Origin: an uncultured archaeon | Lineage (GTDB): Archaea; Aenigmatarchaeota; Aenigmatarchaeia; CG10238-14; SCSR01 | DNA: 64,000 nt | Direction of reading: 5' to 3' | NCBI GenBank assembly: GCA_964539655.1 | Contig: CAZIJH010000004.1 | Location: 14,925-78,924, forward strand | Notes under the pieces: generated by a model | The model's input: only the letters and a program-made list of their open reading frames with translations | Told to the model about the DNA's origin: nothing | Databases searched by the model: none | Translations under genes and position numbers: made by a program | Part shown: positions 16,782 through 25,865 of the stretch, one piece after another | Layout: each line of letters begins with the position of its first letter | Position numbering within the stretch: position 1 is the first letter of the stretch

Positions 16782-16943
16782 TTAAATCAGCGTATAGATG
16801 AACGGCGCGATCCCCGTCGCGTTGGCGAACATGAGGAATATTCCGAACATCAAAATGACAATCATGAACGGTATGAGCCACCACAGTTTTCTTTTCCACA
16901 AGAATTTGAAAAGCTCGCCGACGATTCCGAAAACGGATTTCAT
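16782..16943 (-). CDS. DUF5989-family small membrane protein (53 aa)
   Basis: Unlisted ORF MKSVFGIVGELFKFLWKRKLWWLIPFMIVILMFGIFLMFANATGIAPFIYTLI. The FLxxRKKxWLxPxxxxLxxFGxLLxxxxxxAxAPFIYTLF pattern is typical of DUF5989 proteins encoded next to carbamoyltransferases. Confidence 0.6.
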   Translation of the reverse strand: MKSVFGIVGELFKFLWKRKLWWLIPFMIVILMFGIFLMFANATGIAPFIYTLI

Positions 16944-17004
16944 GTTTGACAGGATTCCCATTCAGATTACCTTCAATCAAAAGATAATTCCGTCACGCCG
17001 ATAT

Positions 17005-18720
17005 TTAAGCCTTTTTTTCTATCACGAAATGATCAAGCACGAGAATGTCCATACCGCTGTTGCTGAAAGTGTTCCACGCGTTCTGCGGAGTATTCACTAT
17101 CGGCTCTCCTTTCAGGTTGAAGCTCGTGTTCAAAATCGTGTTCACTCCTGTCTGCTCGCCGAATCTTGAAATCAATTTGTGATAAAGCGGACTCTCTTCT
17201 TTGTACACCGTCTGCAGCCTCGCGGTTCCCATATGATTCACTGCGGGAATGACTTTCTGCTTGCTTTGTTTTACAGGAGCGACGTAGAGCATGAACCTCG
17301 CAGGTATGTGCCTGTCCGGATTTTCAAACTCGAAAAATTCCTGCGTGGCTTCCGAAATAATCGACGGCGCGAACGGCCTGAAGGGCTCCCTGAATTTTAT
17401 TTTCCTGTTGACGATGTCTTTCATCTCTGCGATTCTCGGATCTGCGATGATGCTTCGGTGGCCGAGCGCACGCGGACCCCATTCGAATCTTCCATGGAAC
17501 CATCCGATTACTTTTCCATTCGTTATGTGATCGACAGTCTCGCTGACGAGCTCAGAATCGTTCGGAATGAACCTGTATTTTATGTTGTTCTGCTCGAGAA
17601 AATCCTGTATCTCTCTTTTTTCGTACTCCTGCCCGAGATAGCTGCTCTTCATCACAGCTTTTCTCGGCTTGTTCAAGATTGTGTGGTAAGCCCACAGCGC
17701 AGCTCCCAATGCTCCTCCTGAATCTCCAGCCGCAGGTTGAATGTACACATCCTCGAACGGGCCTTCGCGCAAAATTCTTCCGTTTGCAACGGAATTCAAT
17801 GCGACTCCTCCGGCAAGGCAGATATTTTTGGATCCGGTGATCTTGTGCGCCTCTTTCACGATTTTCAAAATCATTTCTTCGGTGACTCTCTGTATGCTCG
17901 CTCCGACATCAGCGTAATATTGGTCCACGTTTTCCCTCCTCTTCGGGTCCTGCGGCGAGCCGAACTCCTTCTCGAATTTTTTGCTGAACGAGTTGGTCTC
18001 GGACCTGTGGAACGAAAAATAATCCATGTTGAGCGAGAAGCTTCCGTCGTCGTTGACGTTGATCATCTTCATGACCTTGTCTATGTATTTCGGCTGGCCG
18101 TACGGCGCCATTCCCATTACTTTGTACTCGCCTTCGTTCACCTCGAATCCTAGGAAAGCTGTGAACGCGCTGTACAGAAGTCCGAGCGAATGCGGGAATT
18201 TCATCTCCTTCAAAATTTTGATCTCGTTCCCGTTCGCGTGCCCTATCGTCGCGCTTGTCCACTCCCCGACCCCGTCGATGGTGACGACGGCCGACTCTTC
18301 GAAAGGGGAAACGAAGTACGAGCTCGCGGCGTGCGAAAGATGGTGCTCGCAGAAAAGAATTTTGTCTCCGTCGATTTTCAATTTCTCCATCATCTTGCTT
18401 TTTATCCACAGCTTGTCCTTCATCCAGTTCAGCATTCCCTCTCTGAAAACTCCGCCTGATCTAGGATAATTATTCAAGACTGACAAAATTATTCTCTCGA
18501 ATTTCAAAAACGGTTTTTCGTAAAAAACAACGAAGTCAAGTTCGTCGGCCTTTATTCCAGCTTTCTGCAAACAAAAATCAATTGCATTGGTCGGAAATCC
18601 GCTGTCGTGTTTCTTTCTCGAAAATCTTTCCTCTTCCGCTGCTGCGACAACATCGCCGTCTTTGATCAGGGCCGCGGCCGCGTCATGATAATAGCAGGAA
18701 ATTCCGAGTACGCTCACCAT
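17005..18720 (-). CDS. carbamoyltransferase (NodU/CmcH family)
   Basis: Starts MVSVLGISCYYHDAAAALIKDG, with the Kae1/HypF-like fold followed by a C-terminal carbamoyltransferase domain. The track ORF includes a 64-aa spurious extension, so the start is set at 18720. Confidence 0.9.
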   Translation of the reverse strand: MVSVLGISCYYHDAAAALIKDGDVVAAAEEERFSRKKHDSGFPTNAIDFCLQKAGIKADELDFVVFYEKPFLKFERIILSVLNNYPRSGGVFREGMLNWMKDKLWIKSKMMEKLKIDGDKILFCEHHLSHAASSYFVSPFEESAVVTIDGVGEWTSATIGHANGNEIKILKEMKFPHSLGLLYSAFTAFLGFEVNEGEYKVMGMAPYGQPKYIDKVMKMINVNDDGSFSLNMDYFSFHRSETNSFSKKFEKEFGSPQDPKRRENVDQYYADVGASIQRVTEEMILKIVKEAHKITGSKNICLAGGVALNSVANGRILREGPFEDVYIQPAAGDSGGALGAALWAYHTILNKPRKAVMKSSYLGQEYEKREIQDFLEQNNIKYRFIPNDSELVSETVDHITNGKVIGWFHGRFEWGPRALGHRSIIADPRIAEMKDIVNRKIKFREPFRPFAPSIISEATQEFFEFENPDRHIPARFMLYVAPVKQSKQKVIPAVNHMGTARLQTVYKEESPLYHKLISRFGEQTGVNTILNTSFNLKGEPIVNTPQNAWNTFSNSGMDILVLDHFVIEKKA

Positions 18721-18953
18721 TGCTCTTTCGCCTCTTCGAGTGTGTTGAAATATTTTTTCCTGTCGACCCAACGAGCGGGCTTTTTCTTGACTGCAAGGTA
18801 ATCCTTGAAAAGCGTCACGACAATCCCAGGAATCGCGAAAACTGTGAAATACATTAGGCCGAGAATAATTCTTCCCTGGAAATTTCCGATCCTTTCCGCG
18901 ACAGACTTCCATTTCTGCCAGAGGGTTTTTTTCTTTGCTTCTTGGCTGGACAT
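18714..18953 (-). CDS. SxtJ-family membrane protein
   Basis: 79 aa with one or two TM helices (GRIILGLMYFTVFAIPGIVVTLF). Overlaps the carbamoyltransferase start by 7 nt. This is the conserved SxtJ / carbamoyltransferase / DUF5989 arrangement. Confidence 0.55.
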   Translation of the reverse strand: MSSQEAKKKTLWQKWKSVAERIGNFQGRIILGLMYFTVFAIPGIVVTLFKDYLAVKKKPARWVDRKKYFNTLEEAKEQW

Positions 18954-19019
18954 ACTCTTACCTTGAATTATTGAACTGAAAGTTTATAAGTTGTGGCTAA
19001 AACTTGCGCTGAAGTTTAG

Positions 19020-19601
19020 TTAATTTATTTTTTTGTAAATATTAAGAATTCTATCAACGCTCACTACTAGACTTTTCAAATCTTTGTCGCCAGAATAAAC
19101 TTCAAAAAAGTTTTCATCTCTTGATATATTTATTGCAAGTTTATCTCGATACGAGTTTATTTGAGCAAAATTTTCAAACAATTGATAATCATAACCCGAT
19201 TTAGTATATTCTTCTATCAATGACCTTGAGACAATTGGATTAATTGTTCCTTTTGGTTTGACTTTTGTAACAAATTCTCCTGCCCACGATATTTTTGGCC
19301 GGATTTCTGCATCTTTGTACATAATAGTTTTTGCTACCAGTTCCTTACTAGATTCCGAATTTTCGAAGAATTTTTCAAGCTCAAAATACAAACTGATGGC
19401 TGCTGGATCTTTTCGTATAAATTCAAAATTTTCATTTTCAATTTTTCGTTCTCTTTCTTCGTCTTGCATTTTACCTGCCCATAACACGCCAGCAACTCCT
19501 GTGACACCGGATAAAATAATTGCAGATTTACCTATGGTACCCAGTCCACCTCTGACAAATTTTCTTCTGCCCATCTTTTGGTTCCAAAATTCGGATGACA
19601 T
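19020..19601 (-). CDS. secreted hypothetical protein with a twin-arginine signal
   Basis: N-terminal RRKFVRGGLG followed by a hydrophobic stretch (Tat motif). Confidence 0.5.
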   Translation of the reverse strand: MSSEFWNQKMGRRKFVRGGLGTIGKSAIILSGVTGVAGVLWAGKMQDEERERKIENENFEFIRKDPAAISLYFELEKFFENSESSKELVAKTIMYKDAEIRPKISWAGEFVTKVKPKGTINPIVSRSLIEEYTKSGYDYQLFENFAQINSYRDKLAINISRDENFFEVYSGDKDLKSLVVSVDRILNIYKKIN

Positions 19602-19682
19602 AATTTAAATTGAAATTTTTTAAGGATTTAAACGTTATACTCTAAGAAAAGTGAATTTAAGTTTCAAATTCGTTATCGAATT

Positions 19683-19985
19683 ATGATCACTCACATTGTC
19701 ATGCTCAAATTGAATCCTGGTGTTCCTTCTGACGAGATAGACACAATGTACGAGCGGGTTCTGGAAGCAAAACTGAATATTCCAGAAGTAAAGAGTATGG
19801 ACCTTGTGAAAAATATGGCGATTCCTAGGAGAAGCTTGGACTTCGATAACGGATTTGTCATGACATTTGACAACGAATCTGCATTGAATACTTATTACGG
19901 ACATCCTGCTCATAAAGTTCTTTCACAATATCTCCGTGGGATAGCCGAGCTCTATGTTCTAGATTACGAAATAGAAACAATATAA
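19683..19985 (+). CDS. Dabb-family stress-responsive alpha/beta-barrel protein
   Basis: ITHIVMLKLNPG at the N-terminus and YGHPAHKV near the C-terminus are typical of the Dabb domain. Confidence 0.7.
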   Translation: MITHIVMLKLNPGVPSDEIDTMYERVLEAKLNIPEVKSMDLVKNMAIPRRSLDFDNGFVMTFDNESALNTYYGHPAHKVLSQYLRGIAELYVLDYEIETI

Positions 19986-20061
19986 ATATTGTCCCGCAAT
20001 ACAAACTCTAGTTTAGCTTAATCAAGGATATATTTATAGTAGGTCTTAACAATATTTTAGT

Positions 20062-21009
20062 ATGAGAATTATTTTGAAAAAAGGTAAGCAAAAAGAACTG
20101 ATTGATTTAACCAAATCAAAATTATCTTTATCATGGTCAGAATTGGGAAGGCTCCTTGGAATTAAACCCAATTATTTGAGTGGTGATTTGCGATTTGAAA
20201 ATGTCACAATCAGCGATCAATTATATAAAAATTTGTCAAGAATGAGCGATGTTAATTTTGATAATTTCATTGAAAAAAAAGTTCCTAACAATTGGGGGCG
20301 AATAAAAGGAGGGAAGTTATCTACTCATAGACAGCGTCCTCGAAAGTTACTCATTAAACAACATTCTAGTAATCTTGCAGAAGCTATTGGTATAATTTTA
20401 GGTGATGGTAGTTTGTATAACAATAAAAAACATGGAATCAACCAATTAGTTGTAACTGGCCATATCAAAAATGATCAAATATATTTGTCTAAATTTGTGA
20501 AGCCGCTTTTTGAAAATTTGTTTAATTTAAAATTTAGTATTAAAAAAGATAACAAAAAACATGTAATAAGAATTTACAGCCAAAAGAAAGATGTTTTATA
20601 TACTTTAGAAAAACTTGGCATACCGATTGGAAATAAAATAAAGAATGATGTTGGAATACCGAATTGGATATTTTCGTCAAAAGATTTCGTTAAATCATGC
20701 ATACGTGGTATTGTCGACACTGACGGTTCTGTATTCCCAATAACTGGAAGAAACTATACATATGTAGAAATTACATCCGCTTGCAAAAATTTAAGAAAAT
20801 CTATAGACCAAAGCATGAAAATAATTGGATTAAAAACATCCAAATGGACCAAAAATGGAACTCCAAAAATTTATATAGCAAACAAACGAGATATTTCTCG
20901 CTATTACAATGAAGTGGGATTTAATAACCCATATCATAAAAATAGATTTAAGCTCCTATCGTCTAGTCCGGTCAAACAAAGCCGAAAGGACGCCGGGCTT
21001 TCGATCTAA
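20062..21009 (+). CDS. LAGLIDADG homing endonuclease, free-standing, with an N-terminal HTH-like domain
   Basis: Two LAGLIDADG motifs (AIGIILGDGSLY, IRGIVDTDGSVF) spaced ~110 aa apart. The ORF has no stop before 21009, so its last ~19 codons overlap the 5' part of the downstream tRNA. Confidence 0.7.
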   Translation: MRIILKKGKQKELIDLTKSKLSLSWSELGRLLGIKPNYLSGDLRFENVTISDQLYKNLSRMSDVNFDNFIEKKVPNNWGRIKGGKLSTHRQRPRKLLIKQHSSNLAEAIGIILGDGSLYNNKKHGINQLVVTGHIKNDQIYLSKFVKPLFENLFNLKFSIKKDNKKHVIRIYSQKKDVLYTLEKLGIPIGNKIKNDVGIPNWIFSSKDFVKSCIRGIVDTDGSVFPITGRNYTYVEITSACKNLRKSIDQSMKIIGLKTSKWTKNGTPKIYIANKRDISRYYNEVGFNNPYHKNRFKLLSSSPVKQSRKDAGLSI

Positions 21010-21079
21010 AAGCGAAAGCTTCGAAAAAAAAGATGAGAGAAGAAATCCGGCAACCCGGGTTCAAATCCCGGTGGGAGCA
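20952..21079 (+). tRNA. tRNA-Glu (anticodon UUC) with a ~41-nt anticodon-loop intron and extra nucleotides in the D-arm region
   Basis: Acceptor GCTCCTA/TGGGAGC+A, D-loop AGTCCGGTCAA, anticodon stem-loop CCGGG-CTTTCGA, then an insertion 21004-21044, then TCCGG, variable CAAC, and T-arm CCGGG-TTCAAAT-CCCGG. A T-run follows. About 12 extra nt between the D-loop and the anticodon stem are unexplained (possibly a second non-canonical intron). Confidence 0.55.
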
Positions 21080-21110
21080 TTTTTTATTCTTTTGCTAATA
21101 ATAGGATGTT

Positions 21111-21788
21111 ATGATAAAAGTTGTAATTAATGCGGACGACTTTGGATACAGCAGAATTTTCAATGCCAAAATTTTGGATTTGTTACAGAGAGGTGCAATT
21201 AAATCCGCGACTATATTAGTAAACAGGATTGATGACAAACAGCAGGATGTTTCGCAACTCATTTCCGTTCACAAAAATTTGGATGTCGGCATTGGAATCG
21301 AGTACGAATTGACAAGAAAAGAATCTGCAACTGAAGATATAGATGCTCAATATAAGAAATTTATTTCAGTTTTCGGTTTTTCTCCGTCGCATTTCAGCAT
21401 GCACTTGCCAAAAGTTTTGAGAGACAGGCATGACAGCTCTGAAATAATAAAAAGTCTGGCGTATAAAATTCAGAAATTTGCGCAAATTCAAAACATACCG
21501 ATGGATAACGACGGACCTTATGGAATTGAAGATTGGGGAAAAGTTCGCACAACAACTGTGCCCATTTTCATGGGAACTTACCATAATTTTAAAGAAATAC
21601 AAAATTACTTTGAAAAAATGAAAAACGGGAAAAGTTATGAAATTATTTTTCATCCAGGCGAGTACGATCCTGTAAATACATCCAGCCTTAATGCCGAACG
21701 GAAAAATGATTATGACAATATTTTGAGATTGCAGGAATGGCTTAAACCGCGCAAAGATATACAAATTATAAGTTTTCTGAATTTGTAA
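21111..21788 (+). CDS. ChbG/YdjC-family carbohydrate deacetylase
   Basis: The N-terminal INADDFG hallmark plus HPGEYD. Confidence 0.75.
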   Translation: MIKVVINADDFGYSRIFNAKILDLLQRGAIKSATILVNRIDDKQQDVSQLISVHKNLDVGIGIEYELTRKESATEDIDAQYKKFISVFGFSPSHFSMHLPKVLRDRHDSSEIIKSLAYKIQKFAQIQNIPMDNDGPYGIEDWGKVRTTTVPIFMGTYHNFKEIQNYFEKMKNGKSYEIIFHPGEYDPVNTSSLNAERKNDYDNILRLQEWLKPRKDIQIISFLNL

Positions 21789-21791
21789 CTT

Positions 21792-22376
21792 TTGAACAAT
21801 CAATTAATACTTAACGTACAATTTTTCTTTATGGAAAATATACACGAGAAAATTGCAGAGGGCGTAAAAGAGATAGCAATCCATTGTCAAAATGAATTAA
21901 AAGTTCCAATCGGGATTGACGGCGCTGTAATCTCTTACCTTGTCGATTTGTATTCCGTTAAAAAATTCGGACGTAATTATCTAGACAGCCTGCCGAACAC
22001 TGTATGCATAAGCTCGAAGCGAGAAGAATCGGATACAGAAAAATTTGTATCAATCTTGAAAAGTAGCCAAGGACGTACGGTTTGCGCAATAGACATGAGG
22101 ACCCAGTCAGGTAAAACTGGCAAGATGCTGAGAGAGCTCGCAAAAGGAATCGTGCCGAAATCTAAATTGAAGTACATTGTTCTTTTTGATCCAAATTCAC
22201 ATGCAGACTTGGGGGTATATTGGGAACCGCTTACAGATGACAGGCGTATTCAATGGCTTGACGAAGATACTTATAAAACGCTTTTTGTAAATACTGAAAC
22301 GGGATGGCAATATAATTTATCTTCCGAACTGATTGACAGTCTCGATGACGTGAAAGAAATCAAGAAGTATCTGTAG
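21792..22376 (+). CDS. hypothetical protein (weak PRTase-like segment)
   Basis: VCAIDMRTQSGKTG loosely resembles a phosphoribosyltransferase PRPP loop. Otherwise unknown. Confidence 0.45.
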   Translation: MNNQLILNVQFFFMENIHEKIAEGVKEIAIHCQNELKVPIGIDGAVISYLVDLYSVKKFGRNYLDSLPNTVCISSKREESDTEKFVSILKSSQGRTVCAIDMRTQSGKTGKMLRELAKGIVPKSKLKYIVLFDPNSHADLGVYWEPLTDDRRIQWLDEDTYKTLFVNTETGWQYNLSSELIDSLDDVKEIKKYL

Positions 22377-22422
22377 CAATCTTATATTCAAAGCATTTTA
22401 ACTTTAAAATGAAATTTCATTC

Positions 22423-22845
22423 GTGTCCAAAGTTGAATCGGCAATCGGAAATAGGACCGTTGTTGAGCCTGCCATAATCGAGGAATCTGTTTTCAAGGAC
22501 GAGCTGGGAACATACAGGATTTACAAAAATCACGAGGGTCTTTACAACGTCGATTTGGTGCTGAAAAACAGGCTTTATGACATTATTGGGTTGTCCGAAA
22601 AATTACATACGGCCCTGCGGAAATACAAGGTTATTCTTTTGGGCGCGCCGGATGCGGACCAGTACATCATGGTCTGCACAAAAAGAAACGGAAAGGAGCA
22701 CACCGTCAAAGCCCAGCTTACATCCAAAGTAAATTCCGAGAACCAGATTCTGCAGATTATGAGATACGATCCTAGGAGCGGGAAGGACACTTATCTCTCG
22801 GACATAGTTTTCCGGATTCTGTTTGACGAGCGGACCAAGAATTGA
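22423..22845 (+). CDS. hypothetical protein
   Basis: 140-aa ORF, codirectional with neighbours. Confidence 0.4.
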   Translation: MSKVESAIGNRTVVEPAIIEESVFKDELGTYRIYKNHEGLYNVDLVLKNRLYDIIGLSEKLHTALRKYKVILLGAPDADQYIMVCTKRNGKEHTVKAQLTSKVNSENQILQIMRYDPRSGKDTYLSDIVFRILFDERTKN

Positions 22846-22896
22846 ACATCCGATCAAAACAAGTTACTTTTATACTTTGATGATAATTTTATAATT

Positions 22897-23586
22897 ATGG
22901 AATCCGCAAGAGAGATTGATTCTTTTCGCAAAGATCGCGACCTCTTGATGGAAAATTCTTTTCTTCAGTTGACAGGTTCCAAAGAAATAAAATATGTCGA
23001 GATTGTTGGTGTTACGGGTAAGGTTGCTGGTTGGGGTAATAGAAAAAATGACACTTCAAGCGTAATTGATGACGAATGCAGGCTTGTCAAGGAATGGTCT
23101 GGCCGACAAAGGGATTCGAGAAATTTGCAAACGGATCCAGAAGGGCACGTATTGAGTATGAAGTTTACCACAAACGGGTATTTTTATTGCAACAAAGGAG
23201 GACCGACGATCACAACAAAGATAGACGCGACCCGCGAAGATTCCGATGTTCCGCAATATTTTTCAAGGGCTGTAGAGGAATTGAAAGTTCTTCATGATTG
23301 CATCGAAAAAGAAAGCGAGTGGCTTTGGAAGTATTTGGAACTTCTTACCCTTAGCGGCAAGTCGTTTGTCAAAAACAGAACCGAGCTCGAATACGACGGA
23401 AGAAAGTACGTGTTTACGGCCGACCCCAAAAGGGAAAATCTCGTGAGGCTGATAAGAAATTTTGGTGACAATAGAGCGTACGAATCGACTTCCATACAGG
23501 CGGACTTCTCGATACAAGACGTAAGCGAGCCGATTAATTTGTTATTAAAACATCAGCAGGAATATTTCGAGAAAGTGAAAGTGTAG
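22897..23586 (+). CDS. hypothetical protein
   Basis: 229-aa ORF, no motif. Confidence 0.45.
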   Translation: MESAREIDSFRKDRDLLMENSFLQLTGSKEIKYVEIVGVTGKVAGWGNRKNDTSSVIDDECRLVKEWSGRQRDSRNLQTDPEGHVLSMKFTTNGYFYCNKGGPTITTKIDATREDSDVPQYFSRAVEELKVLHDCIEKESEWLWKYLELLTLSGKSFVKNRTELEYDGRKYVFTADPKRENLVRLIRNFGDNRAYESTSIQADFSIQDVSEPINLLLKHQQEYFEKVKV

Positions 23587-23590
23587 AATG

Positions 23591-24439
23591 TTATAATTTC
23601 AATCCTTTCTTCCTGAACCAGTTCAAAATCAATGTGTTCTCGTCCGCGCTAGTCCAGAACGGCGAAGAATATTTTTCTATGTACCTCGCCAAATCTTCGA
23701 AATCACTAGGTTTGATCTTGTCGTCTACTTGCAAATACGCATCGTAAAGCTCCTTTGAACTGTAACTTGACCCGAGCAAGGACATTCCCAGTTCCTGCGT
23801 CAGAAAATAAAGTTTCACCTCGTCGTCGGTCAGGGTGCCGTTTTTTCTGTAGTTACGGCATATCTGTATCTCCAGGCTGATCGGAAATTTTTCCGTGGGA
23901 TAAACTGATTCGACTTGTTTGCCGAGCTTCTGAAATTCGATTTCTGGAAAATGGGCGATCCCTAAAATCCCCAACATCCTGCCGTCCTCCCCGTATTTCT
24001 TTTCCATTTCCAGGATATCGGCGGCGATCTTTTCGTCGCGCCTGCGGTCCGCTTCGAGATACTGAAGTTCTATTTTCTTTGTGATTGAAAATGCTTCCTC
24101 GGTATGGTTTTTGACGTACAGTTTAAACGACTTCAGCAAATCTTGTACGATGTCCATTTTCGGAGAATGCACAAATGGGGAATTTTCAACTTCTACCGGC
24201 TTCCCGCTATTTCTCAGATATCTGAAAAATTCCTTTTGTATCGGGACAAATATGTTTGAAAGTTTCACATTTGATTTCCCTTTGGAGGAGATGTCGTTGT
24301 ACAATTTTACCGTGCGATCCCTTACGAGGGTCCCGCTTTCCTCCATGAAAATAACGTTCGACCATTCGAAAAGCTCTCTGAATCTGTCTGTTCTCAGATA
24401 GATACTCTCGTGCGGAGATTTGAAAAATTTGACCTGCAT
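23591..24439 (-). CDS. hypothetical protein
   Basis: The track ORF starts at 24496. The first plausible ATG (MQVKFF) is at 24439. Confidence 0.45.
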   Translation of the reverse strand: MQVKFFKSPHESIYLRTDRFRELFEWSNVIFMEESGTLVRDRTVKLYNDISSKGKSNVKLSNIFVPIQKEFFRYLRNSGKPVEVENSPFVHSPKMDIVQDLLKSFKLYVKNHTEEAFSITKKIELQYLEADRRRDEKIAADILEMEKKYGEDGRMLGILGIAHFPEIEFQKLGKQVESVYPTEKFPISLEIQICRNYRKNGTLTDDEVKLYFLTQELGMSLLGSSYSSKELYDAYLQVDDKIKPSDFEDLARYIEKYSSPFWTSADENTLILNWFRKKGLKL

Positions 24440-24495
24440 GCAGTATAGAAGAACAATAAATCTTAAATATTTCACGAGCGAACTGATTATCAGCA

Positions 24496-24789
24496 ATGTT
24501 TGAAAAACTGGGACGCATCACGGCTGCCTTGCCCGCTGGGAAACAATTGCATACTGCGAGAACGTATCTTGATTACGCTTCGATTCTTACATTCGTTCTG
24601 AATTCTGCGGATGTCGTGTATAATCTAGCAACAAAATATCATTTGGACGAGACATATGTTAGACATCTGAAGACAGGCAATCCTGTGATTGACAATGGGT
24701 TATCCGTACTTGGGGCATACGGGGCTGCCAGATTGCTCTATATGTACATTACGAGAGACTTTTGCAAAACGAATGCGGAAAAGAAATAA
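24496..24789 (+). CDS. hypothetical protein
   Basis: 97-aa ORF. Confidence 0.35.
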   Translation: MFEKLGRITAALPAGKQLHTARTYLDYASILTFVLNSADVVYNLATKYHLDETYVRHLKTGNPVIDNGLSVLGAYGAARLLYMYITRDFCKTNAEKK

Positions 24790-25091
24790 ATTCAGAATCC
24801 TCTCGAGATGGTATGAAATGCCGATCGTGCAGGAATATTTCAAAAATCAGAAAAAATTGGCAAAGAAGACAATTAAAAAAATTTGATCGGATAGAAAAGA
24901 AAATTGAGTCGACTTAATTTCTTTATCTGTATCTGTCCTGTTTTTTGAATTTCTTCTTGGTTGTCCTTCGGTTCCTGATCTTTTGTTTTTCGCTCTTCAT
25001 AATTAGTATTTGTTTTCCGGATATAAAATGTTCAAATTGACCAAAATATGTTGCGGCTACGAATTTTTCCATATAAATCAAGGATCAATAA

Positions 25092-25586
25092 CTACAGATT
25101 GATGTTGAGATTTTTTTCGTCTTCGCCTTCGTGAGGTTCTTCTTCCTCGCCTTCTTGCTCTTCGTTCTCTTCTAAACTTTCTTTCGACTGCTCCTCCTCT
25201 TCCGATTTCTTCTGCTGGTCGGCCTGCTCTTTTGTTTCCTGTATCGTTCCCGGCTCGTGTTCGGGAGACGAGTATATCGTGTACAATTTCAGATCCTCGC
25301 TGCCAGTGTTTCTCACGTTGTGTTTCGTGCCGCATCCGACAAGGACAAGATGGCCGGGCCTGACGTCCTCCCTTTCGTCGTCGACTATTGCTTCTCCTTC
25401 GCCTTGCACAACTACGATCGCCTGGTCAGTATCATCGTGAACTTCTTCTCCTATCTCTCCCTGCGGAGGAATGCTCATCACCGTTACCTGAAGATCGTCG
25501 GCAGTGATCACCTCCTTCCTGTATGAGCTGTTCTGCTTCGCCAGCTCGAAAATGTTCTGGTTGAATCTCATCATTTTTCCATACAC
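25092..25586 (-). CDS. cupin-domain protein with a highly acidic C-terminal tail
   Basis: Cupin-type core (GEIGEEVHDD...AIVVVQGEGEA...PGHLVLV.CGTKHNV) and a Glu-rich tail. Confidence 0.65.
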   Translation of the reverse strand: MYGKMMRFNQNIFELAKQNSSYRKEVITADDLQVTVMSIPPQGEIGEEVHDDTDQAIVVVQGEGEAIVDDEREDVRPGHLVLVGCGTKHNVRNTGSEDLKLYTIYSSPEHEPGTIQETKEQADQQKKSEEEEQSKESLEENEEQEGEEEEPHEGEDEKNLNINL

Positions 25587-25593
25587 CTTTTGG

Positions 25594-25764
25594 CTAGGGT
25601 TTTATCGCGCCCTTGATCTGCTCCTCCATTTCAGGCGTCATCTTTTTCATGTTGTGGACCTTGCTTGCGTGTTCCTCTATCTTGCGCATGAGCTTGTCCT
25701 CGTTGTCGGCGTCTGTCTGGAACGAGCAGTCCATTCCTATGTCCTCGCATTTGAACGATGGCAT
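25594..25764 (-). CDS. DUF1059-family small protein
   Basis: MPSFKCEDIGMDCSFQTDADNEDKLMRKIEEHASKVH matches the DUF1059 pattern (xFxCxDIGMxCxF...). The start is taken at the internal Met (25764). Confidence 0.6.
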   Translation of the reverse strand: MPSFKCEDIGMDCSFQTDADNEDKLMRKIEEHASKVHNMKKMTPEMEEQIKGAIKP

Positions 25765-25865
25765 TCGAATCACCATGATGGTATGGACCGATTTCTATAT
25801 AAATTTTGAGTATTTTTTTGATAGCCATCATTCTGGAATCAGTTTCAAAAGGAAATTAAAAATTT

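Noticed and set aside
20952-21009. Treating the endonuclease/tRNA-Glu overlap as an ORF-calling artefact and trimming the CDS
   Set aside because: There is no in-frame stop before 21009, so the overlap is real at sequence level. It is kept and flagged rather than trimmed.
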